Source of the DNA: an uncultured Pseudomonadota bacterium
GTDB taxonomy: Bacteria; Pseudomonadota; Alphaproteobacteria; JACZXZ01
Assembly: GCA_963749075.1 (NCBI GenBank)
Contig: CAVVLJ010000020.1
Coordinates: 704,001-768,000, forward strand
Direction of reading: 5' to 3'
DNA length: 64,000 nucleotides
This document shows positions 32,210 to 41,173 of this stretch, in pieces. The notes under the pieces are model-generated. The model searched no databases, was not told the DNA's origin, and was given only the letters and a program-made list of their open reading frames with translations. The first letter of the stretch is position 1, and each line of letters starts with the position of its first letter. The position numbers were made by a program, and so were the translations under genes.

Positions 32210-32653
32210 CTATCTCTTCAGGGCGGCGGTCGCCTCGATGTCCTCCTCCGTGGCGCGCAGCTGATCGTTGATCGCCTGCAGGAGCTCGTGCAGGTATTTG
32301 CGGTCGCCGTCGATGTCCTGGAAGTGCGCGTTGAGCTCGGCGACGCTCTTGCCGATCGCCTTCTGGCGCCGGCGGATGGCGCGGACCGGCCATTCGGCCG
32401 AGCCGAGCAGCGTCCACTCGCGGCCGAGCAATTGCAGCACCACGAGGGCGAGCACGATCAGGTTGACGCCGCCGAGGATGACCGCGGCCCAGCCGAGCGC
32501 ACGGGCCTGCACCGCGGCCTTGTCGGCATGCTTGGCATGCTCGAGGATCTGCACGATCGGTTGCTCCTCCGCCGCCGCCGGCCGGGCCGGAAGCCCGGAC
32601 CAGAGCACAATCATGAGAGGCAGGAGGAGACCGAGGAGAGTGCGGCGTTTCAT
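32210..32653 (-). CDS. hypothetical membrane protein (signal peptide, one TM helix, coiled-coil tail)
   Basis: MKRRTLLGLLLPL...AAA signal; hydrophobic ALGWAAVILGGVNLIVLALVVL; heptad-like C-terminus. Confidence 0.65.
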   Translation of the reverse strand: MKRRTLLGLLLPLMIVLWSGLPARPAAAEEQPIVQILEHAKHADKAAVQARALGWAAVILGGVNLIVLALVVLQLLGREWTLLGSAEWPVRAIRRRQKAIGKSVAELNAHFQDIDGDRKYLHELLQAINDQLRATEEDIEATAALKR

Positions 32654-32666
32654 GGCAATTCACCAT

Positions 32667-33398
32667 TCATGGCGGTGGACCCTTCTGCGGGCGATCCGAG
32701 GTAGCATTCCCCGGTCCGGACTCGACGATCGTCCATCCGGGATCGAAGGAGAAGATCGTCCAGTAATAGTCTCCCGTATAGCCGGCTTGGCGATAGAGCT
32801 CGAGCCATTTCTCGGGCTCGAGATAGGTCTTCGCCGTCAGCATCCAGTCCTCGAACAATCGGCGCTCCTCCGGCGTGCGGAAGGCGTCCACCTGGATGAA
32901 GCCGGCGTTGGGCGACACGCGCTGGAGCTCGCGCACGGCTTGCATGCAGTCCGCGGGTGCTAGGTTGTGGATGGCGTTGATCGCGAGCGCCAGCTCGAAG
33001 CTGCCATCGGCGAAGGGCAGGTGCGCGCAGTCGGCGCGCGCGATGCGGCCCGCCGCGTCCGGGTGGCTGTGGCGGATGGCATAGTCGGAGACGTCCACGC
33101 CGAACGCCTCGATGCCGGGTAGGGTGTCCATCAGGTCCTTGATCAGGAAGCCCTTGGCGCAGCCGATGTCGAGCACGCGATGGCCGGGCTTGAGGCCATA
33201 GAGCTCGACCAGCCGCTTGGCGACCGCGACCCAGCGCCCGTCGTAGCGGTAGCCGCCGTAGCCCTGCTCGCGCGTGCCGTCGAAATACTCGAAGCCGAAT
33301 TCGAGTGCCAGGCGCCGGTTCTCCTCCTTGTTCGCCTTGCGCGCACCCACGTCGCGCACCACCTTGGGGGCCGATTCCAGGAGATTGATCTCGCGCAT
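32667..33398 (-). CDS. class I SAM-dependent methyltransferase
   Basis: VLDIGCAKGF, GVDVS, LPFADGSF. Confidence 0.88.
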   Translation of the reverse strand: MREINLLESAPKVVRDVGARKANKEENRRLALEFGFEYFDGTREQGYGGYRYDGRWVAVAKRLVELYGLKPGHRVLDIGCAKGFLIKDLMDTLPGIEAFGVDVSDYAIRHSHPDAAGRIARADCAHLPFADGSFELALAINAIHNLAPADCMQAVRELQRVSPNAGFIQVDAFRTPEERRLFEDWMLTAKTYLEPEKWLELYRQAGYTGDYYWTIFSFDPGWTIVESGPGNATSDRPQKGPPP

Positions 33399-33470
33399 GC
33401 GCCTCCAAGCCGTCCAAGTGTTGATAGCATCCGCCCCGCTCGGCCGCAACCGGCGCCCGCAGGGTGCGAG

Positions 33471-34826
33471 CTAGGCGTCCGCGGAGCCGGCCTGGATCTC
33501 CGCGCTGCAGTCCAGCGCCGCGATGCCGTAGAAGGGCAGCAGCTCGCGGTCCCAGGCGATGTGGAGGGGCCCCAAGCCTGCGTGGCGGTCGAGGCAGCGC
33601 CAGGCCTCCCGCGCTTCGCCGCCGGCACGGTCGTAGGCGGCAAGCGCAAAGGTGTATTCGCCGGGCTCGAGCGAGGCACGCAGGCGGAAGGCGACCGCGC
33701 GCCGCTCGCTGGCCGCGAGAGGTGCCAGCCGCTGGCCGAGCGAGGACGCCGAGAGCCCGCAGACGAGCCGGTTGAAGCGGTCGTAAAGCTCGAGCTCGAG
33801 CTCGGGCTCGGGCACCGCGCCGTCCGCCTCGAGGAGGAGCTGGATGACGAGCTCATCGCCGGCGAGCGCCCGCATGCTGCGGCGGCCGCGGCGGTCGAGG
33901 ACGCGGGCGCCCGCGATGCGGCAGCCCCGGACAGCCTCTCGGGCGTCCCCTTGGCCGCCCCCTTGGCCACCCCTTGGGCCGCGCGCGGCGAGGAGCGAAT
34001 GGCCGAGGATGGCGCCGGCGAGATCGGCCTCGGCGTGCCCCTCCGCCGCACTGTGGCCCGCCGGGAGCGCGCCGCCGCCCGCATGGAGAAGATAGCGCGC
34101 GATCGCCTCGGCGGGCTCGCCCATGAAGGCGACTTGGCCGTGCTCGAGGAGGATCGCCCGCGTGGCGAGGCGCTCGATGGCGGCCATGTCGTGCGAGACG
34201 AAGAGCACCGTCCGCCCGCGCTTCACGATCGCCTCCATGGCGGCGAAGCATTTGCGCTGGAAGAGGATGTCGCCCACGGCCAGCGCCTCGTCGACCACCA
34301 GGATGTCGGGGTCGAGGAAGAGAAAGGTCGCGAAGGCCAAGCGCATGCCCATGCCCGACGAATAGATCCGCATCGGCCGGTCGAAGAAGGAGCCGATGTC
34401 GCAGAAGGCCTCGATGTCGCCAATGCGCGCCTCGGCATAGCCTTCGGGGAAGCCCAAGAGGCGCGTGCTGAGGACGACGTTCTGCCGCCCGCTGAGCTCC
34501 GGATTGAAGCCGCCGCCGAGCTCGAGAAGCGCCAGGAGCCGGCCGCCGACGCGGAGCTCGCCGGCACTGCGCTCGAGGACGCCCGTGAGCAGCTTGAGAA
34601 GCGTGCTTTTCCCCGAGCCGTTGACGCCGATGATGCCGAGGCATTCGCCCCTCTCGACCGCGAAGGAGACGCGGGAGAGCGCCCACACCTCGCGCGCGGC
34701 GCCGTACCGTCCGCCGCTCAGCCAGGCCGCGGCGCGCCGCCACGGCCGCGCATAGAGCCGGAAGCACTTGCCGAGCTCGTGCACCTCGATGACCGCATCC
34801 GTGGCACCGTGGCGCCCGCCGCTCAC
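33471..34826 (-). CDS. wzt: polysaccharide ABC exporter ATPase with C-terminal carbohydrate-binding extension
   Basis: GVNGSGKST, YSSGM, LVVDEALAVGD, plus a ~150-aa beta-rich C-terminal domain (LEPGEYTF). Confidence 0.9.
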   Translation of the reverse strand: MSGGRHGATDAVIEVHELGKCFRLYARPWRRAAAWLSGGRYGAAREVWALSRVSFAVERGECLGIIGVNGSGKSTLLKLLTGVLERSAGELRVGGRLLALLELGGGFNPELSGRQNVVLSTRLLGFPEGYAEARIGDIEAFCDIGSFFDRPMRIYSSGMGMRLAFATFLFLDPDILVVDEALAVGDILFQRKCFAAMEAIVKRGRTVLFVSHDMAAIERLATRAILLEHGQVAFMGEPAEAIARYLLHAGGGALPAGHSAAEGHAEADLAGAILGHSLLAARGPRGGQGGGQGDAREAVRGCRIAGARVLDRRGRRSMRALAGDELVIQLLLEADGAVPEPELELELYDRFNRLVCGLSASSLGQRLAPLAASERRAVAFRLRASLEPGEYTFALAAYDRAGGEAREAWRCLDRHAGLGPLHIAWDRELLPFYGIAALDCSAEIQAGSADA

Positions 34827-35611
34827 AGCACGTCCCTGATCTCGTGGCGCAGCCGCATGAGCACGGCCACGCCGAGGAGAACGGCGAGCGCCGCCCAGCC
34901 GGCCATGGCGAGCCAGATCGTGGCCTCGGGCAGGCTCCGCTCGAGGAGTGCTGCGCGGATCGCGATGAGATAGGGGTGCACCGGATTGAGCCAGAAGAGA
35001 TCGCGATAGCGCTCGGGAATGACCTCGATCGAGTAGACGATGGGCGAGCACCACATCCAGAGCTGGAGAATCACGGCCATGAGGTGGGCGATGTCGCGGA
35101 AGAACACGTTGAGGGTGCCGAAGAGGAGCCCGAGGCCGAAGCCGAGCCCGGCGAGCAGCACCGCCGCGGGCACGACCGCGAGGATCGACCAGCCGATCGG
35201 CTGGCCCAGGACCAGCAGCAGCAGGGGCAGCAGCAGGAGCGACAGCATCATCGAGAGCAAGGCGCTGAGCGCCGCCTTGGCCACGAAGACCTCCTCCGGG
35301 ATGGGCAGCTTCTTGAGATAGACGGCGTTTTCGGGAAGCGCCATGAGCGAGCGCATCAGCGCATCGGAGAAGCCGAGCCAGGGCAAGTAGCCCGCGCACA
35401 GGTAGAGGAGGAAGGAGACGCCCTTGGACGCCCCCGCCATCGGCCTGAGCGGCACGATGCGCGAGAACACCAGGCTGAAGACGAGGATGAGCGCCAGTGG
35501 CTGCAGCACGTTCCACACGAAGCCGAGGGAGGTCCCGGCATAGCGGTGGCGCAGCTCGGCCGTGGCGCTGCGGAGGATGTATTTGCGGTGGCGGTAGAGG
35601 GAGCCGAGCAT
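34823..35611 (-). CDS. wzm: polysaccharide ABC exporter permease
   Basis: RYAGTSLGFVWNVLQPL, NVFFRDIAHL, SPIVY, LNP. Confidence 0.9.
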   Translation of the reverse strand: MLGSLYRHRKYILRSATAELRHRYAGTSLGFVWNVLQPLALILVFSLVFSRIVPLRPMAGASKGVSFLLYLCAGYLPWLGFSDALMRSLMALPENAVYLKKLPIPEEVFVAKAALSALLSMMLSLLLLPLLLLVLGQPIGWSILAVVPAAVLLAGLGFGLGLLFGTLNVFFRDIAHLMAVILQLWMWCSPIVYSIEVIPERYRDLFWLNPVHPYLIAIRAALLERSLPEATIWLAMAGWAALAVLLGVAVLMRLRHEIRDVL

Positions 35612-35620
35612 GACGCCGCC

Positions 35621-36586
35621 TCAGCGCGGCCCTTGGCCGCGCCTGCCGAGCCGCTCGGCGAGCCAGCGGAGCGGTGCCGTGATCCGCCAGCTATGAGAGC
35701 TATGGAGGGCGGCGAGCTCGCTCTCGCGCGCCATGCGGGCGGCGCTCTCGCGCGCGAGCGCCGCCGCGGTCCGAGCCTGCTCCTCGATCAGCTTCTCGTG
35801 CTCCGCTGCGAGCTTGGCGTGCTCGGCAAGGAGGTGGAGATGGCGCTCGCCGAGGTGCGCATGAGCCGCCGCCGCGCTGTCGCGTTCGCGCTCGAGCCGC
35901 ACCGCATCCCACGGCACGAAGCCGTCGAAGACGTTGGGCGGGACGACGAAGTGCCGCGCGCGGGCCGCATCCTCCTCGCGCAGGTAGAAGCGGTTGAGGC
36001 CGTCGAACCAGACGAAGAGATAGCCGCCCGCAAGGAGCGCCGGCTCCCAGTTGGCCCAGGCCGGCTCGGGGCTGTTGGGCCGCGTCGCCTCGACCACGAC
36101 GATGCGCGGCCGGAAGCGGCGCCAGTCGCCTCCCTCGATCACCTGGCGCTCCCAGCCCTCGACGTTGATCTTGAGAAAGTCGATGGTGACGCCGCTTGCG
36201 TGCTCGGCGCAGAGGCGGGCGAGCGTGGTGACGCGGACCGCGGGCAAAGGGACGCGGGGAGGAGAGGGCGGGCCGGCCGCTGCCGGCTCCTCCGCGCAAA
36301 AGCTCGCGAGGCCGCTCTCCGGCACGTCGTAGAGCTCGCGCAGCTCGTCGCGCTCGCCCAAGGCCAGGTTGAGGTTGATGTCGCGCGGCCTGGCCTCGGC
36401 CAGCCGCGCGAAATGGCGCGGCACCGGCTCGACGTTGATGCCGTGCCAGCCCGCTTCGTAGAAGTGGCAGGTGACCGAGTGGGTGACCGGGTCCATGGCG
36501 CCCACGTCGATGTAGAAGCCGCGCGCGACGTCCGCGAGCGCGCGCGCCAGCATGACGTCCTCGAAGTTCTGGGCGTAGGAGATCAC
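35621..36586 (-). CDS. FkbM family methyltransferase with C-terminal coiled coil
   Basis: SYAQNFEDV, YIDVGA, GINVEP, IDFLKINVEGWE; tail LLAEHAKLAAEHEKL...SHSWRITAPLR. Confidence 0.88.
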   Translation of the reverse strand: MISYAQNFEDVMLARALADVARGFYIDVGAMDPVTHSVTCHFYEAGWHGINVEPVPRHFARLAEARPRDINLNLALGERDELRELYDVPESGLASFCAEEPAAAGPPSPPRVPLPAVRVTTLARLCAEHASGVTIDFLKINVEGWERQVIEGGDWRRFRPRIVVVEATRPNSPEPAWANWEPALLAGGYLFVWFDGLNRFYLREEDAARARHFVVPPNVFDGFVPWDAVRLERERDSAAAAHAHLGERHLHLLAEHAKLAAEHEKLIEEQARTAAALARESAARMARESELAALHSSHSWRITAPLRWLAERLGRRGQGPR

Positions 36587-36622
36587 CCCCCTGCTCGCGC
36601 CGTCTCGTGTCGCCGGCGCCGG

Positions 36623-37612
36623 CTATGCCGCCTGGGTCGCACTGCGGCCGCGCGCCCGGGGCGTCTCCAGGAACCAGCGGTAGGTCTTCTCGAGACCCTC
36701 GCGCAAGGGGGTCTCGGCCCGCCAGCCGAGGCGGTCGAGGCGGCCCACGTCGAGCAGCTTCTGCGGCGCGCCGTCGGGCTTGCTCGCGTCGTAGACGAAG
36801 CGGCCCTCGTAGCCGATCACCTCTGCCAAGAGCGCCGCCACCTCGCGGATGGTGAGGTCGCTGCCCGTGCCGACGTTGACGTGGCCCTCGCCGGAATAGT
36901 GGCGCATGAGGAAGACGAGCGCGTTGGCCAGGTCGTCGCAATAGAGGAACTCGCGCCGCGGCGTGCCCGAGCCCCAGATCTCGACGCTCGAGCCGCCCGT
37001 GCGCTTGGCCTTGTCGATCTTGACCATGAGGGCGGGCAGCACGTGGCTCGAGGCGAGATCGAAGTTGTCCCCGGGGCCGTAAAGATTGGTCGGCATCGCG
37101 GAGATGAAGTCGCAGCCGTACTGCCGGCGGTAGGCCTGGCAGAGCTTGATGCCGGAGATCTTGGCCACGGCGTACCACTGGTTCGTCGCCTCGAGCGGCC
37201 CGGTCAGGAGGGCCTCCTCGCTCATCGGCTGCGCCGCCTCGCGCGGATAGATGCACGAGGAGCCGAGGAAGAGCAGCTTCTCGACGCCTGTGCGCCGCGC
37301 CGCCTCGATGACGTTGGCCTCGATCATCAGGTTGTCGTAGAGGAACTCGGCCGGGCGCACGTCGTTGGCATGGATGCCGCCGACCGTGGCGGCGGCGAGG
37401 AAGACGAGCTCCGGCCGGCTCGCTGCCATCCACTCCTCGAGCTCGCGCTGGCGGCGCAGGTCGAGCTCGCCGCGCCCGACGGAGAGAATCTGGCAGCCCT
37501 CGCGCGCCAAGCGCCGGCAGATGGCCGAGCCGACCATGCCCCGGTGGCCGGCAACCCACACGCGCCGGCCCGAGAGCTCCTTGCCCTGCCGCTTCGTCTC
37601 CGTCGTCGCCAT
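36623..37612 (-). CDS. fcl: GDP-L-fucose synthase
   Basis: AGHRGMVGS, LAAATVGGI, LGSSCIYP, YAVAK, PTNLYGPGDNF, SHVLPAL. Confidence 0.93.
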   Translation of the reverse strand: MATTETKRQGKELSGRRVWVAGHRGMVGSAICRRLAREGCQILSVGRGELDLRRQRELEEWMAASRPELVFLAAATVGGIHANDVRPAEFLYDNLMIEANVIEAARRTGVEKLLFLGSSCIYPREAAQPMSEEALLTGPLEATNQWYAVAKISGIKLCQAYRRQYGCDFISAMPTNLYGPGDNFDLASSHVLPALMVKIDKAKRTGGSSVEIWGSGTPRREFLYCDDLANALVFLMRHYSGEGHVNVGTGSDLTIREVAALLAEVIGYEGRFVYDASKPDGAPQKLLDVGRLDRLGWRAETPLREGLEKTYRWFLETPRARGRSATQAA

Positions 37613-37878
37613 GGCGTCTCGGCTTGCCCTCCGCTGGATGCCGCCTCAGGAGTTGTGGAAAATGCCGCGCTGACCCCGAGGGCGCCGCCAGTCGCCCCGT
37701 CCGGGGCGAGCCCGCCGCGGCGCGGGCATGGGGATGCGGCACTTGACCCCGAGAGGTCGAAAGAATACACCTTTGAGCCGATTCCGACCACCCCCAAGCG
37801 GCGCCCGGGCAGCCGGGCGGACACCGCGGGCGGCGCTTCAGCCGCCGCAAGCCCCGTCCCTATAAGTCGAGAGCGACC

Positions 37879-38496
37879 GTGAGCCATTCCAAGACGTACT
37901 TCGAGGAAGCTGCCCGCATCGCCGCCCAGCTCGATTTCGCCACTGTCGACCGCATGGCCGAGGAGCTGGCGCGCTTGCGCGAGCGCAATGGGCGGCTCTT
38001 CCTCCTGGGCGTGGGCGGCAGTGCCGGCAATTGCAGCCACGCCGTCAACGACTTCCGCAAGCTCTGCGGCATCGAGGCCTATACGCCGGTCGACAACGTC
38101 TCCGAGCTCACGGCGCGCACCAACGACGAGGGCTGGGAGACCGTGTTCGCCGCCTGGCTCGCCACCAGCCGCGCCAACGAGAAGGACGCCATCCTGGTAT
38201 TCTCCGTGGGCGGCGGCGATGCCGAACGCAACGTGAGCGCCAATCTGGTGCGCGCCATCGACGAGGCCAAGGCGCGCGGCATGAAGGTGTTCGGCGTGGT
38301 CGGCCGGGCGACCGGCTACACGGCGCGCATGGGCGATGCGGTGGTCGTCGTGCCGACCGCCGATCCCGCGCGCGTGACGCCACACTCGGAGGCCTTCCAG
38401 GCGGTGGTGTGGCATTGCCTGGTGTCGAACCCGCTGCTCCAGGTCAAGGGCACGAAATGGGAGACGGTGCTGGCGGCGCCGGCCGTGGCAAGCTGA
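37879..38496 (+). CDS. SIS-domain sugar-phosphate isomerase (GmhA-like)
   Basis: GVGGSAGNCSHAVND, LTARTNDEGWE, SVGGG, SANLVRAI. Confidence 0.88.
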   Translation: MSHSKTYFEEAARIAAQLDFATVDRMAEELARLRERNGRLFLLGVGGSAGNCSHAVNDFRKLCGIEAYTPVDNVSELTARTNDEGWETVFAAWLATSRANEKDAILVFSVGGGDAERNVSANLVRAIDEAKARGMKVFGVVGRATGYTARMGDAVVVVPTADPARVTPHSEAFQAVVWHCLVSNPLLQVKGTKWETVLAAPAVAS

Positions 38497-39065
38497 GACG
38501 CGCCGTCTTCCTCGATCGGGACGGCGTCATCAACCGCTCCATCGTGCGCGAGGGCAAGGCCTATCCGCCCGCCTCGCTGGCCGAGTTCGAGCTCCTTCCC
38601 GGCGTCGGCGAGGCGGTCGCGGCCTTGCGCGCGGCCGGCTTCCTCGTCATCGTCGCGACCAATCAGCCGGACGTGGCCGCCGGGCGCCAGCGCCGCGAGA
38701 CCGTCGAGGCGATGCACGCGCGGCTCCGCGCCGAGCTTGCCTTGGACGACATCCGCGTCTGCTATCATGACGACCGCGACCGCTGCGCCTGCCGCAAGCC
38801 GCTTCCAGGCATGCTGCTCGACGCGGCGCGCCGCTGGGACATCGCACTCGCCGAGAGCTATATGGTGGGCGACCGCTGGCGCGACGTGGCGGCCGGCCGC
38901 GCCGCCGGCTGCTTGACCGCCTTCGTCGACTACGGCTATGCCGAGCGGCGGCCCGAGGCGCCGGACGTCGTCGTGGAGTCGCTGGCGGAGGCCTGCCGCT
39001 GGATCCTCGCGCGCGAGGCGGCGGCCTCCCAAGGCACCCCTCGAGCGGCGCCGAAGGCGGGCTGA
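38457..39065 (+). CDS. HAD-IIIA sugar bisphosphate phosphatase (GmhB-like)
   Basis: AVFLDRDGVIN, ATNQPD, CACRKP, MVGDRWRD. The start is uncertain and overlaps the end of the isomerase. Confidence 0.85.
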   Translation: MGDGAGGAGRGKLRRAVFLDRDGVINRSIVREGKAYPPASLAEFELLPGVGEAVAALRAAGFLVIVATNQPDVAAGRQRRETVEAMHARLRAELALDDIRVCYHDDRDRCACRKPLPGMLLDAARRWDIALAESYMVGDRWRDVAAGRAAGCLTAFVDYGYAERRPEAPDVVVESLAEACRWILAREAAASQGTPRAAPKAG

Positions 39066-39143
39066 ACGCTTGATTCCGGCCGGTCCGTCGGCTAATGGAT
39101 GCCCCGGCAAGCGGGTCTCGATCGCAAGGGAGAGGTCGCAAAG

Positions 39144-40145
39144 GTGAAGACCGTTCTGATCACTGGCGGCGCCGGATACGTGGGCAACCTGCTTGTGCCG
39201 CAGCTCCTCGAGGCGGGCTACAAGGTCGTCGTCTACGACGCCCTCTACTACGGCAAGGAGACGCTGCCGCTTGCCAACCCAAACCTCCGCGTGGCCGAGG
39301 GCGACATCCGCGACACCGGCCGGCTCGCGCGGCTCTTTCCCGGCGTCGATGTCATACTCCACCTCGCCTGCATCTCGAACGATCCGAGCTTCGAGCTCGA
39401 CGAAGGCCTCAGCAAGTCGATCAACTTCGACTGCTTCGAGCCGATGGTGATGGCCGCCAAGGCCGCCGGCGTCAAGCGCTTCGTCTATTGCTCCTCGAGC
39501 TCGGTCTATGGCGTGAGCGACGCCCCCGACGTGACCGAGGACCATCCGCTCGTGCCCTTGACGCTCTACAACAAGTTCAAGGGCATGTGCGAGCCGCTCC
39601 TCTTCAAGCACCAGGCGACGGGCTTCGCCTGCGTCACCATCCGCCCCGCCACCGTCTGCGGCTACAGCCCGCGCACGCGCCTCGACCTCTCGGTCAACAT
39701 CCTCACCAACCACGCGGTCAACAAGGGCCGCATCACCGTCTTCGGCGGCGAGCAGAAGCGGCCGAACCTGCACATCCAGGACATGTGCGACGCCTACAAG
39801 CTGATGATCGAGGCGCCGGCCGAGAAGATCGCGGGCGAGACCTTCAACATCGGCTACCAGAACCGCAAGATCATCGACATCGCCGAGATCGTGCGCAACG
39901 TCGTCGAGGCGGAGTTCCCGGAGAAGCGGAGAATCGAGATCGTGCGCACCGAATCGAACGACAACCGCTCCTACCACATCAATTCCGACAAGATCTTCCG
40001 CGTCCTCGGCTTCCGGCCACGGCACTCGATCGAGGAGGCGGTGCGCGACCTCTGCCGCGCCTTCAAGGCGGGCAAGCTGCCGAACAGCTTCGACAACGAC
40101 TGGTATTACAACGTCCGCACCATGAAGGCGATCAAGGCGGCATGA
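39144..40145 (+). CDS. NAD-dependent epimerase/dehydratase
   Basis: TGGAGYVG, HLACISNDPS, SSSSVYG, YNKFK. Confidence 0.9.
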   Translation: MKTVLITGGAGYVGNLLVPQLLEAGYKVVVYDALYYGKETLPLANPNLRVAEGDIRDTGRLARLFPGVDVILHLACISNDPSFELDEGLSKSINFDCFEPMVMAAKAAGVKRFVYCSSSSVYGVSDAPDVTEDHPLVPLTLYNKFKGMCEPLLFKHQATGFACVTIRPATVCGYSPRTRLDLSVNILTNHAVNKGRITVFGGEQKRPNLHIQDMCDAYKLMIEAPAEKIAGETFNIGYQNRKIIDIAEIVRNVVEAEFPEKRRIEIVRTESNDNRSYHINSDKIFRVLGFRPRHSIEEAVRDLCRAFKAGKLPNSFDNDWYYNVRTMKAIKAA

Positions 40146-41173
40146 GCGACTCGGGGGGTGGCGCACCGCTTGCCGTCGTCACCGGTGGCGCCGGCTTCAT
40201 CGGCAGCCACATGGTCGACCTCCTCATCGGGCGCGGCTACGCCGTGCGCGTCATCGACAATCTCGTGGGCGGGCGCGAGGCCAATTTAGCGCACCACGCG
40301 GGCAACCCGCGGCTCGCCTTCGCGAAACGCGACATCCGGACGCTCGAGCCCGGCGACGCGCTCTTTGCCGGCGTGCGCTACCTCTTCCACTTCGCCGGCA
40401 TCGGCGACATCGTGCCCTCGATCGAGCGGCCGCTCGAATATCTCTCCGTGAACACGCAGGGTACCGCCCGCATGCTGGAGTGCGCGCGCGCAGCGGGGGT
40501 CAGGAAGTTCGTCTACGCGGCCTCCTCCTCCTGCTACGGTCTCGCCGCCACGCCGACGCGCGAGGACCACCCCATCCGGCCGCAATACCCCTACGCGCTC
40601 AGCAAGTACCAGGGCGAGGAGGCGGCCTTCCATTGGCACCGCGTCTACCGACTGCCGGTCAACTCGCTGCGCATCTTCAATGCGTACGGCACGCGCTCGC
40701 GCACCTCTGGCGCCTACGGCGCCGTGTTCGGCGTCTTCCTCCGCCAGAAGCTCGCCGGCAAGCCCTTCACCGTGGTGGGCGACGGCAGCCAGAGCCGCGA
40801 CTTCCTTTACGTCACCGACGTGGCGGCGGCCTTCCTCGCGGCGGCGGAGACGGAGCGCGCGGGCGAGGTCTACAACCTCGGCGCCGGCAGCCCTGAGACG
40901 GTCAACCGCCTCGTCGAGCTCCTCGGCGGCGAGAGGATCAATATCCCCAAGCGGCCCGGCGAGCCCGACTGCACCTGGGCCGACATCGGCAAGATCAGGC
41001 GCGAGCTCGGCTGGGCGCCCAAGGTGAGCTTCGCCGACGGGGTCGCGCGCATCCTCAAGGAGATCGATTACTGGCGCGAGGCGCCGCTCTGGGACCCGGA
41101 CTCGATCGCCGAGGCGACGAAAACCTGGTTCGACTATCTCGCCCCCTCGCCGGAGCTTGCGCCGCATGACTGA
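40142..41173 (+). CDS. NAD-dependent epimerase/dehydratase
   Basis: TGGAGFIG, ASSSCYG, YALSK, GDGSQSRDF. Confidence 0.9.
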   Translation: MSDSGGGAPLAVVTGGAGFIGSHMVDLLIGRGYAVRVIDNLVGGREANLAHHAGNPRLAFAKRDIRTLEPGDALFAGVRYLFHFAGIGDIVPSIERPLEYLSVNTQGTARMLECARAAGVRKFVYAASSSCYGLAATPTREDHPIRPQYPYALSKYQGEEAAFHWHRVYRLPVNSLRIFNAYGTRSRTSGAYGAVFGVFLRQKLAGKPFTVVGDGSQSRDFLYVTDVAAAFLAAAETERAGEVYNLGAGSPETVNRLVELLGGERINIPKRPGEPDCTWADIGKIRRELGWAPKVSFADGVARILKEIDYWREAPLWDPDSIAEATKTWFDYLAPSPELAPHD

